NCBI GenBank assembly: GCA_001643675.2
Contig: LSRY02000016.1
Location: forward strand, 310,001 to 374,000
DNA: 64,000 bases
DNA from: Monocercomonoides exilis PA203
Lineage: Eukaryota; Protista; Preaxostyla
Direction: 5' to 3'
Position 1 is the stretch's first letter. Each line of letters starts with the position of its first letter. Below the pieces are notes generated by a model. It did not search any database. It saw only the letters and a list, made by a program, of their open reading frames with translations, and was not told the origin of the DNA. Shown piece by piece: positions 46,174-58,420 of the stretch. Made by a program: the position numbers and the translations under genes.

Positions 46174-49100
46174 ATGATATTATTTCTGGAGTTGGGGGTG
46201 CTGGCCATGCTTTGTGGTGTTTGTGAAGAAACGAGTGGAAAGAGAGTGCAAATGAAAGATTTTCAGGAAGAAGAAGAAGAAGAAGAGAGGCTGATGACGC
46301 AAACAAGCTTGTTCACAAATTTGATTGGAGATGGAAAGCGGGAAGAAAGAAAGAGCGAGAATGCACATGAAAATCACGAGATGAGAGATGTGATGCGGAG
46401 CAGAATCTCCACGAGGTTTGACTGTTGCAACAGCTCGTTAGTGATAAGATCTGGAGAGCTGGGGAGCAGAGAAGGATTTGAATGGATCGGGAGGTTGAAT
46501 GGATCATTGCTGGAGGTTGTTTGGTGCGAGATTGCGATTGGAGGCGGAGATGAAAGATTGTTTTGGTGCGAAGACAGCAGGGTTGTGCTGGAGATGACAG
46601 TGAAAATGAGAGAAGAGAAAAGAAATTGGAGAGGCGGTGTTGTGGAGGGATTTGGAAGAGGCAACGAGGTGAAGCTGAAGGAAAGCAGATTTGAGTGTTT
46701 GAGGGCAGAGGGAGGGATGGCTTTGGCAAGAGGGAGTCTGAAAGAGATTTTCGTGGAGAACTGCCTGTTCAGGAACATATCAGGAAGAATCAGTGGAGAC
46801 AGAGTGGATGGCAAAAGTGATGGAGCAGATAACGGAGTCAGGAAGAACAATGCTGAAAGGATTGGAGTTGCTTCTTCAATATTTGAGAGGGTGGAAAATG
46901 GAGACAGTGGGATGCTTTATGATGGGTATCACACGCAAGAATGCTGTTTTGTGATGAACACATCGTTTGAGAGGTGCGAGCAAAATGTGAACTCGACGAG
47001 GCAAGAGAACTCAACAGGAGATGTGATTCTTGAAGACTCGATTTTCACAGTGCACACAATTGGGAGTTACGGAGGAGCGGTGTGCATCACGGGGAATGCC
47101 ACACTTTCAATTTTGCGAACAACATTCAGAAATTGTTCGTTGGAATCCACTTTGCCAGATTCATATGGAGGTGCAGTGTATGCAACTGGAACGGGTTTCA
47201 TAAACATGATGAATAGTTCTGTCATTAACTGCTCTGTTGAAGAAACTGGTGGAAGTTATTGTGCAGGTGTTTATATTACAACAAAGGCAGCAGGTACTGT
47301 ATATGTCACTTCTTCAATATTTGCAGAAAATACTGGAGGACATTATTCTGGATTGTTCTCGTCAGCTGTTAGCGATGCATTATTCATTGGATCTTGCACG
47401 TTTCTTAATAATTGCGCCAATCCGAGATATGGAGGATGCCTTGTTGTTTGGAACGCAATATCATTGAATCAAGCAATTACAAATTGTTCATTAGCAAACA
47501 ATTCAGCTCATTATTACGGAGGGGCTATGATTTTTAAAGGAAATAAAAATACTGTGAAACCTGTGAAACTGAGATTTTTGTTATTTGAGAATAACTCATG
47601 CACATTGGGCAACGGACATGATGTGGCATTCCGAACAGATCATGAGACGCTGTATGCAGCGAATGATTTTGCCACATGCAGCTCCACGAGTGCGGAACCA
47701 AGGGTGTGGCACTGCTTCACACCGAATGAATGGACATGCCCAATAAATGAGAGCAGGCCAAGCTGGATACCGAACACCATTCGAGGGGAGATAAATGTGA
47801 ATCCGACGAAGGAAGACCAGATACACTGTGGGACAATGGAAGATGAGTGCAAGACAATAGGGTATGGAGTGACGAAGTGGAATCCAGAGCTGAAGCAAAA
47901 GATATCGCTGAGCAGAAGCACTTTTGCAGAGCGAGGGATTGGGGTGGAAGATAGGGTGATTGTGATTGAGGTGAAGGGGAGCGGAGAAAGGCCGATAATA
48001 CGATGGGCAGCAGCAGGGGATGCGCTTGTCTGGATCACGTGCGGAACAATTGAAGCGGACTCGATTGTGTTTGTGATGGATGGAGAGGCATCTGGAGAGG
48101 GGTCGCTGATGAGTGTGAGGGAAGCAGGAGGGAGGGCACGGTTGGTGAGGTGCAGTGTGAGGAGTGAAGCAGCAGGAGTGTTTTGCAGAAGACCGATGTT
48201 TGTTGTTGAAAACGGGGTGTGCGAGATTGAAGACAGCGAGATAGAGGGGATACAGATGGAAGACTGTGCGCTGCTTGAATCGAGATATCCGGGAGAGCTG
48301 AGAATTGCTGGGGGAAGCATAAGGAACATTGTGCGAAGCAGGGGAAATGGAGCAGTGATGAGCAAAACACTGAGGGAAGGAGAGACTGTGATTGTGTGTA
48401 ACACCACAGTGAAGGGGTGCAGGTGCAGCAGTGGGAATGGGGGTGGAGTGTATGTGGGAGTTGTGGAAGGGAGTGTGGCAGTTTTGGGGGGAAGCAGCGT
48501 GAGCACGAAAATTGAGGGTTGCAAGGCTGAAGAAGGAAGTGGTAGCGGGAGCAGCGGAAAAGGAAGGGGCGGAGGGCTGTATGTGGAGATGAGAAATGCG
48601 GAAGATGATGTTCGGATGGAGAATATGGAACTTGTGGGGAATGAAGCGAAAAGCGGGAAGATGATGTTTATCTGCTCTGCAGATCTGAAGGTGAGCTGTG
48701 TGAAGAAGTTTGGGTTTCTTCGGGGAGGAGGATGGGGATGGGAGGATTATGCGGGGATAGGAGACAGAGAGTGGAGGTCGCTGGTGATCCCTGTGAAAGT
48801 GTATTTTGAGGAGGTTGGGGAGACTGTGCATGCGAGCAGAGGAGGGGCTGATCACGAAAACTGTGGGTTTGAGTATTTCACATGCCGAACACTGAAGTAT
48901 TCGCTTGAGCGGCAAGGGGGTGAGAAGCACAAAGTGGAGGTGCACGAGTTGGTGGAAGTGAGCGAGCAGGTGGAGATGACATCGGGGAGCTATGAGGTGA
49001 CTGGAGACGAAGGGCTGACTGTGCTGTCAGTGGTGGACAATGCAGCAAGGAGAGAAGGAGAAGGAGAAGGAGAAGGAGAAGGGGTGTTTTGTGTGTGGAA

Positions 49101-52100
49101 GAGCACGGTGCTGAAGAGAGTGAAGATGTGGATTCCGGCGATTCTATCAGGAGGAGGAGCATTGATTGAGGTGAGGGGAGGGAGCTTGAGTGTTTTGGAG
49201 TGTGCGATTGATCTGAAAGCTCCGGGGGTTGTTGTGAGATTTTCGCTGGTGAAAGTGACATGCGGGAGTGTGGTTTGGCCGTCGTTGAGGCTGGAGTCTG
49301 TGCACTTCGACAGGGATGGGATGTGCATTGCAGCTGGAAGCGAGGCATCAATTGTGCTGGAGGATGCAGAACTGAGGAATGTGTCGAGGGTGTCTGGGGA
49401 TGGGCTGATTGAAGGATCAGATGGGTCGAGGGTGGAGCTGCAGAATGTGGGGATGACAGGATGCAACGAGAAATCAGGGTCGATGATTGTGGTGAAGAGT
49501 GGAAGCAGGCTGGAGATGAACAATTCGAAGGCGAATGAGTGTGTGCTTGGAGAAGGAAGTGTGGTGAGAAGCGAAAGGGCAGGGTATGTGAAGGTGAGTG
49601 GGTGCAACATGAGTTCGATAGGAGCAGGGAAAGGAGATGGGGTTGGTGTGAATGGGGTTGTGGGGAGCGGAGGGAGTGTGGAGGTGGTGAATGTTCAAGC
49701 GAGCAGGTGCAGAAGCGGGAAAGGGGATGGGGGGATGATGAAGGTGGTTGTGGAGAAAGGGGGAAGGGTGAAGATAGGGGAGGGTGGGGAAAGTGGGGAA
49801 AGTGGGGAGAAGAGTGTGGTGGAGATGTGTGAAGCAGGGGAACAGGAAGGGGTTGGAGGAAGAGGGGGAGGAGTGTTTGTGGAGCTGGGGGTGGAAGGGG
49901 ATGGAGTTGTGTTTGGGGATGTGGAGTTTGCAGGGAACGGAGGAAAAGCTGGAAGAGATGTGTATGTGATATGTGATGAGCTGAGCGAGTATGTGACTCC
50001 TTTGAGGTTTGGGTTTGGATTGTCGATTAGGGAGAGGGGGAACTCGCTGGTTGGGCGAGACCGGAAGGCGATGAGGGAGGATACGGATTTGTATGTGTTT
50101 ATCACGGGATATGTGTCAGGGAGGGTGGAAGTTCGGAAAGAGGGAGGGAGGAATGAGGTGTATTGCGGGATGAGCGCATATCCATGCATGACAGTGGAGT
50201 ATGGGCTTGGGCATGCAGGGAAGGATGGGGAGAAGTGGGTGGTGCTGACAGGAGGGTCAGAGCTGAGAGAAGAGGTGGATGTGAGCGGAGCGAGGTTGGG
50301 AGGGATGGGGGAGATTGCAATGGAGATGAGTGTGAGAGGGATGCTGAGCGGGAATGGAGCGCAGCGATAAAGACGGAAGGGGTGACGGAGTTGGAGTGGC
50401 TGGATGTGAAGATGCCAAGCAGATTTGAGGGAGGGGTCACAGAGCTGATGAATTGTCAGTCGAAAGGCGGTGAGCTTTGGATTAGGAAGTGTGGATTTGG
50501 ATTGGAGGACGGGGTGCAAGGAAGTGTGGGGTATGCGATTATCCGTTTCAGCGGGAAGTGCTGAAGGTGGAAGAAACACGGTTTGAGGGGTTTGTGGTGG
50601 AGGAGCCAATGTTTGATCTGGGATTTGAATCAGGAGGAGAAGGAAGGGTTGAGGGAAGTGGGGTGGAGTTTTGGAACTGTTCGTTTGGGAGTGTTGGGTG
50701 CTTGGGGGGAATGGGGCGTGCATTGTGTCGAGTGTGATTGGAGGGAAGCTGGAGTTTTTGTGGTGCAACATGACGGATGTGGATGGAAGGGCGAATGAGG
50801 AAGGGGGAGCGCTGAAGGTGTGTATTGAAGGAAAGGGCATGTTATTGTGGGGAACTGCAAGGGGGAGAGGTGCTGTGCAGAAAAGGAAACGAAAGGGAAA
50901 GGAGGGTGGATGTTCATGGAGTGCAGTGTGGCAGATGGGTTTGAGATTGAAGAAGTTGAGCTTGAGGAGTGCTGGGCATGGGTGGGCCGGAAGATGTTTG
51001 TGAGAGGGAGAGGACTGGGGGTGTTGTGAGTTCGGAGAGACTGAAGGTGGATGTGGGAGGTGGGGAGCTGGATGGGTTGGAATTTGTGGGGTATGATGAG
51101 GCAGAGGAGATGAGAGTTCCACTTGGGGTGTTTGTTCAGGAGTGGGGAAGTCCAGGGTACGTGGAAGGGGAAAGAGGAATGGACTATTCGTTGTGTGGGT
51201 TTGAGTGGTTTGGGTGTGCGACGATGGAGCACTGCGGAGGGCGAGGTTTTTCGGGAGAAAAGCAGAAATAGTGCTGAAGAGGGGATTTGCATTTTGCTCA
51301 GTGATTGATATATCGACGCAAGAGATGGATGTGAAGGGGTGTGAAGAGAGGAGAGAATACGAAGTGAGAGGAGATTTGGGAGAAGAAAGCGAAGGGGTGA
51401 TAGAGACGAGGAAGGATACAGGGTTTGCAGATGTGGTGTTTGTGGTGGAGAAGACATTTGTGAGAGGGCAGCGGAGTGTGGTGGTGAGCCGGCTGTCGGG
51501 ATTGGTGATGGAGAGGTGCGGAATGAGGATGGGGAGTGGAAAAGCGGGGTTCAGCTTTGTGGTGTGTGTTGGGGGAGGATGGAGCTGAAGAGTGTTGAGG
51601 TGAGGGAGCAGGAGTTTGAGAGTGGGAGCATGGTTGAATTGCGAGAGGGATCGAAAGGAAGTGTTGAAGGGGTTGTGGTTGAGAGAGTGGCGAGTGGAGG
51701 AAAGAAAGGGCTGATATGGGTTGGAGAGGGGTCGTCGTTGGAGGTGGGGAACACATCGGCAAGCGGAGGAGTGACATTTGGGGATCACTGTGTGTGGGAG
51801 TTTGATAGGACGAGCAGCGTGAGGATGGCAGAAAGCAATGTGAGCGGGGTGACGCGTATGGAAGGGGATGGGGCAGTGATTGTGGGGAGTGTGGGAGAAG
51901 GGATGGAGTGTGTGGTGGAGAGATGCGTTGTGAGTGTGATTCGGTGCGAGAGCGGAACGGGGGAAGGGGGAAGTGTGCATGTTCGTGTGGGGAAAGGAGG
52001 GAGCTGGGTGTTTGAGGAGAACGAAGTGCGGGAGAGCAAAGTGGATGGAAACGGAGGGAAGGGAGGAGGGCTGTTCATGGAGTTTGAAGATGTGGATGTG

Positions 52101-55100
52101 AGCTACTCGATGAGGCAGGATGTGTTTGAAGGGAATCAAGGGCACATTGGGGTGGATGTGTATCTGGTGTGCAGAGAGCCAGGAGTGGTGATTGATCGGA
52201 GGAAGTGGGAGGGGTCGGCAAAGGAAGGGGAGGAGTACAACAACACGATGTGGGTGGTGGATCCGGGGAATGCGGGGATCGATGTGACGCTGCTGAAATA
52301 TCTGTTTCCGCCGAAGGGAGACATCATCTTTGTGAACAGGACTGTGACTGGGCAGGAAAACTGCGGGAGCGATGAGCTGCCGTGCAACACGGTGGAGGGA
52401 GGGTATGAGAAGCTGGGGAAGGAGAAGACGATTCTGCATATCATGGAGGAGAGCGAGCTTGGGGAGGAGATCAGGAGAGAAGGAGAGTCGCTGACGATCC
52501 GAGGAGACGAGGTGGCGAAGTCGGAGGTGGTGGTGGGGGAAAGGGGGAAAGTGTGTGTGATGGTGGGGAGCTGGTCGACGACGCTGACGATTGAGTGGAT
52601 CAAGTTTGAAGTGGCAGAGAAGTCTGCGCACTCGGAGCTTTTTGAGATGGGAGTGGAGAGGTTCATGTTGTGGAGTGTGTGTTTGGAGGGAAAGGAGAAG
52701 AGAAGAGGAAGACAAACATGTGGATTGTTTGTGGGAGAGGAGGGTCAGTGGAGCTGAAGAAGGTGAGCGTGGAGCAGATGGAATTTGGAGATGGAAGGGG
52801 ATGTGTGCTATGAAGGGAGGGGGTTGTTGTGCGAGGATGTGAATATGAATGGAGCAAGGACAGATGGGGGTGGGCTGGTGATTGGAGAGAAAGGGACGAA
52901 GATAGTGGTGAAGAGAATGAAGGCGCGGGACTGCTGGGGTGGGAGTGGGGGAGTGATAAGGGTGATGGATGGAAGGAAGGTGGAATTGAGCGAGGAGTGT
53001 GAATTTGTTGGGTGCTGCTCAGGGAGGGAGATGGCGGGGCGGTAAGCTGGGAGATGAGTGGGGAAGACGAAGTGCTGGTGAAGAATTGCACAGTGAAGAA
53101 TTGCAGGGCAGAAGAGACAGGAGGGAGAGGAGGTGGGGTGTTTATGTGGATCCATGCAGACTGTGAGAACAGGTTTGGAATATCGAAGATGGTGTTTGAG
53201 GGGAATGCGGCTCATGAAGGGGATGATGTGTTTGTTAAGTGCAGAGATCTGAAGGAGAGTGTTGTTGGGGAGCGGTTTGAGCTGGAGCTGGTGAAAGAAG
53301 GAGGCGAGGCAGGTGTGAGGATGATGGGCAGGGATGAAGGGCGGTTTTCGGAGAAGGCGCATGATCTGATGTATTTTTTGGTGGGATATCGCTCAAGAAG
53401 GATTGTGGTGGGGAGCAATGGGGCAGACATCATGGGGTGTGGGCGAGAGGAGTATCCGTGCGAGTCGTTTGAGAAAGGGGTTGAGCATGGAGAGAACGAG
53501 GATGGGATGATTGAGATGGAGGTCATCGATATGGTCGGGATAAGGAAGGTGGAAGATCTGTCCGGATGGAAGGTGGAAGGGAGCTCGGCAGAGGAGAAAA
53601 GTGTTGTTGAGATAAGGGAAAAGATCGAAGGAGATGGGGAGAGCTGGGTGGTGAAGAACGAAAAGGTGCTGAATGTTGAGAGGGTGAGGATGGTTGTGCC
53701 AGTGAGACTTGAAGAGGGGAAGAAGGAGGTTGTGTGGAGTGGAGGAGGGAATGCGGAGTTGTGGCTGGTTTTGTGTGAGTTTGAGGTGGAGGGAGCAGGG
53801 ATAGTGGAATATAGCATGGTGAAGAGCAGTGGGGGAAAAGTGATGGCAGTTTCATGTTTGGTGAAAGAAATGGAGATTGGGGCAGTGGCGTTTGAATTTT
53901 GCTCGAGCGTGGAGATGAGCGGGTGTGTGTTTGAGGATGTGAAGAGGGTTGGAGGGGATGGAAGGGATGGAAGGGATGGAGATGGGGAAGGAGGAGGGGT
54001 GATGAGAGTGAAGCTGAAAGGAGAGGATACGTTTGGGATATCGAATAGCTATTTTGAAGGGTGCGGATGGGAGTGGGAGGAAGGGTGTGGAGGGGTGATA
54101 TATGTGGACAGCAGGGAAGGGTTGAAAGAGGATGGATTGCGTTTTGCAGGCACGGAATTCAAGGGAACGGTTGGAGGAGCAAGAGGGAAGGCGATATACA
54201 TAGAAGGAGTGGATCTGAACAAGACGGTGAACGAGCAGTCGTTTGGAGTAATATATGGAGAATTGAAAGAGGATGAGAACTTGTTTGTGGGGAAGGATGA
54301 GAAACTTGGAGAGACGGATCTGCTCCGACTTGTGGTGAAGTACTGGTCGGGGGTGGTGTACATAAGCGAGGATGGGTTTGATGTGATGGGATGTGGAAGC
54401 GAGAGGGATCCGTGCGGCACGCTGTGGAAAGGGATGAAGCAGATTGAGAAAGAGAATGAGGAGAAAAGGGTTATGATCAGAAGAGAGGTGGGAGTGGAGG
54501 ATGAGTGGGATCTGTCGAGCTTGAGTGTGGAGAGGTGGAGGAATGGAGAGGAGAAGCTGCCTCGATCTGCACTGGTGTTTGGAGGAGATGGAGAGAAGAG
54601 AGGCAGAGGGGTGATTGTGAACACGAAGATGCTTGTGCTGAAGGAGATGAGTGTGTGCATGGCAGCAGGGTTTGAGAACGGACGAGGATGGGCAGTTGAA
54701 AACAATGGAGGAACACTTTGGCTGGATAAGTGTGTATTTGAGACAAGAGAGGGCACAGAGGGAGGAGAAGGGGAAGGAGGAGGGAGTGTGTTTGTGAGGA
54801 TGTTTAATGGAGAGCTGAGGGCGGATGAGCTGGAGTCGAGGAGCATGAATGGAGGGAAAGGATTATTTGAGGTGAATGGAGGGTGCAGATGCATTCTGCT
54901 TGGAATGCGTGTGGAGTCGGGAAGAATTAGAGATGGGGCAGTTGTTCAAGTTGTGGATGGTGATGTTGGAAACGGTGATGAGGGAAGTGTGGTTGAAATG
55001 GAAAATTCGACATTTTTGTTTGTGGCAGGGCAAGGGAATAGGCCGAGGATTGTTGAGTGTAAGTGCGATGGCGGGATTTGTGTGAATGTGAGCGGGTGCG

Positions 55101-58100
55101 TGTTTGAGTCGTGCAAATCGTCGGAAAGCGAGAAAGGAGGGGTTGTGTATTTCTCGTTGAACGAAGGGGGGTGGCTGCGGATGAGCGAATCGACAATAAA
55201 GCAGAGTGGATGTTCTGCAGAGAGAGGAAAGGGAGGAGGGCTATATCTGCACTCTGAAGTGACAGGGGAGCTGGACTTTGAGCTGCGGAGCATGGAGTTT
55301 CGTGGAAATGATGCAGCATTGGGACGGGATGTATTTGTGGAGTGCTTCAGCATCGAGAACCAGATCAACGAGACACAGTTCCGGTTGGATCTGCGGGAAA
55401 GTGTGTATATGCGTCAAAACGGGATGTGTGGGATGGACAGGACACAGCACACAGTGGAGGCGATTGATCTGATGGGAATCATTACGATATTCCAGTCGGA
55501 CACGATTGTGGTGTCGAGCAGCAGAGAGAAGGGAGGCAAAAATGAGAGATCGTGTGGAATGCCTGAAGTTCCATGCCGATCGATCGACTATGGGGTGGAG
55601 CATGTGACATGGGATTATGTGAGCCAGATGTTTGTGGAGGAAGAGAGTGTGATTGAGAGGGAGTGCGATTTTGTGGAGATGAGGGTTCTGTCGAGCGGAG
55701 GCGACATGGCGCAAATAATTGTGAAGGGAATTGAAGAGCAGAGAAGGGAAGGGGTTATTGCGACACAGAGGAATGTGGAGGTGACAGGATTGGGGTTTGT
55801 GTTTGCAGAAGGAGCAGAATGGAGCCATGCAAGGCTGATTGAAGTACAGAGCGGGATGCTTAGGATACGGCTGTGTACGTTCAGCACGATGCAAAATGGG
55901 GAGGAGGAGAATGGGAAGGCGAGAATTAGGTTCTCGCTGATATGGATTGGAGGCGGTGGCTGTGCTGTGTCAAGCGTTCAGGTTGCAGGTCTCAGATTCT
56001 TGGAAACAGTGAAGGGAGTGATCGAGGCATCAGGGCCGGAGCAAGAGACGAGCGTGAACAATGTGAGCGTGGCGGATATTAGCGTGGAAGATGGGAGCAT
56101 CATTTGCTCTGGAGCAAAGCTGTTGCCGCGAATTGGATCGTGCAGCTTTGAAAACATCACACGCCTCTCTGGAGGAGCATCGTGCATATTGCTAAGAGCT
56201 GGGGAAGGGAAAGAGATGGGAGAAATTGTGAACTGCACATTCCGAAGATGCACATCGCAATCGGCAAGAGGGAGTGGAGTGAAGGTTTTGTGTGCTTCGA
56301 GCATTGCATTTGACAGCTGTACGTTTGATGGATGTGGATTGTTGGAGAAGACAAACTGGGAGGGAGCGGAGGAAGGGATATGCTTTTGGAATGGATCAGT
56401 TGTTGAGATGGAGAATTGCAGCAGTCGGATGAAAGACACAGTAATTGCAAACAGCAGCTGTGGAGGGGCTGGGGTGGATGGTGGGGATGTGAGGATTGAG
56501 ATGGGGATGTTTGAGAACAACAATGGGACAGTGGAGAAGTACAGATCCATCCGGCGGAATGTGGTGTGCAGCGGTTTGGGAAAGGTTAATGTTGTGAGCC
56601 TGAAAGGAGGGGATGGGGCAAAGGAGAACAGCTCGCTGTGGATTCTGAGTGAAGGGTGCACACTGGAAGGGGTTGCAGGGGAAAGGGGATGGGCGCTGTT
56701 TGTGCCAGTTGTGGAGGAGGCGCATATGAGGGGAGCAGGGGAGGAGCTGGAGGTGAGGTTTGTGGGGCGACTGCTAATTCCGTGCAATCTTTCATTTGGG
56801 GTGAGCGTATGGGATGGGGATGCAGAAGCAGTGGAGCGGCATGAGTTTGTGGAATCTGACTATGTGTCAGAGGAGGAGGTGTGCAGCAGAATAGGAGCAT
56901 CAGCAGCTCGAGGAGCGGCAGAGACAGCAGAGGTGAGGGTGAGGATTGAGTTTGGAGATGCAGCCAGGCGGCAGGGCACGAAATGGTTTGTTGTGAAGAA
57001 CAGAACAGAAGCACAGGTGAATGGAAACGAAAAACTTGTTGAAGGAGGAAACAAAGAAAAATCATCATGGCCATTGGTTGTTATAATAATGGCTGTTGTT
57101 CTTTTTGTAATTCTGATTATAGCAGTGGTTACAACTGTTCGATGGAGAAAGCAAAAAAGAAGAACAGAAGAACTGGAGGAGATTGTGGAAGATACAGTGA
57201 GGAAGGATCCGAAGCTGATTGAGATGGTGACAATGGAGATGTCTCCCGAGGAACAGTGGAAAAGAGCTGAGAGGGAGGCAGAGAAGAAGAATGAAGAGAG
57301 GATCAAGAAAAGAGCATATGATACGAATATGCAACATTCTGAATCATCCGAGCATTTGTTAAGTGAGAGCGGCTCCACCGAATACATCCTTGGGAGAGAT
57401 TCAGACAAGATTCCGGAGTGGGCACTGGAGAAGGTTGAAGAAGAAGAGATTCAGAAGAGAACACCATCGCCATCCATTTCATCCACTTCCACCACTTCGA
57501 CAACTGATTCAGATTCAACATTTGTTCGATCAGAGAGTCTGTGCCCAACCACGTCATCCATGTCGAATCTTGTGGATGGAATGGCATGCTCGTCGCCGCA
57601 TGAGAAGTTGATAGCGGATCTTCGTGACTCGCTATTCATGCTTGTGCATGGGAAGAATGAGAAGAAGGAGATGGCGATTGGTTCATTGAAGGAGCGGGAG
57701 ATGACAGCTGCACAGATCCTGTTCTGGGTGGTGAATGGAGCGCTGCACTCTTTCAATGAGATGGAAAACCCGCTTCAGTCATTGGCGAATCTGAGTCCGC
57801 ACATTGTGCTGTTCTCTGAGCAGATGGTGATTGTCATAGCGCTTCACTCTGACTGCTCTGATGAGTCGGATTCGGACTCCTCATCCATTGCTTCATCATG
57901 CACGATTGCCACATCATCCTCTGATGTTTCATTGATGAGTGAGCGATTCGTAGACTCACCGCCACCCTCATCGGCATTTGAGGATGATGAAGGCTGCAGA
58001 GACGAATACAAGCGATGGAAGGCGCCGGAGCTGATGGGGAAGAAAAAGATGAGAGCGACAAAGGAGTCAGTTGTGTTTTCTGTGGGGATGATGTTGTGGG

Positions 58101-58420
58101 AATGCCTGACTCTGAAGATCCCGTTTGGAGACTATTCTGCAGAAGCAGCCGGGCAGAAAATTGTGAATGGGGAAAGGCCGAAACCCGAGAAAGCAGGGAG
58201 TGAGGAATATGGAGAAATGATAAAAGCATGCTTGTCTGCATCGCCATCGGAGAGGTGGGGCTTGATAACTTTGAAGCGAGAATTCTTCAGTCGGTTTCCC
58301 GCAGGAGCTGTGTTTGTCACAGCATCAGACGCCATCGATTTTGAAGCAAGGAGCGATGATGGAGGCAGCGAGGCTGCGACTCGACAGAGCAGAAGCTGGA
58401 GTGGATATAGCAATAGATGA
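46174..58420 (+). CDS. Large type I membrane protein (~4080 aa if repaired): signal peptide, beta-helix (pectin-lyase/POMP-like) ectodomain, TM and C-terminal pseudokinase. About 10 frameshifts between ~50350 and ~53040 (pseudogene or assembly errors)
   Basis: Hydrophobic N-terminus MILFLELGVLAMLCGVC. Repeated GG(A/G)(V/L/I)(Y/F) and FxxN motifs. Eight GxD/N...CG-x(5)-PC-type modules. TM WPLVVIIMAVVLFVILIIAVVTTV followed by RWRKQKRR (~57065-57165). Kinase C-lobe RWKAPE...VVFSVGMMLWECLTLKIPF. Overlapping ORF pieces in successive frames join into one continuous protein. Confidence 0.8.

Noticed and set aside
47596-57408. Long minus-strand ORFs (e.g. 1006 aa at 49695-52715, 449 aa at 47596-48945) as antisense genes
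   Set aside because: They are shadows of the C-poor plus strand: TTA, CTA and TCA are rare, so antisense stops are rare. The products are Pro/Ser/His/Leu low-complexity with no motifs.
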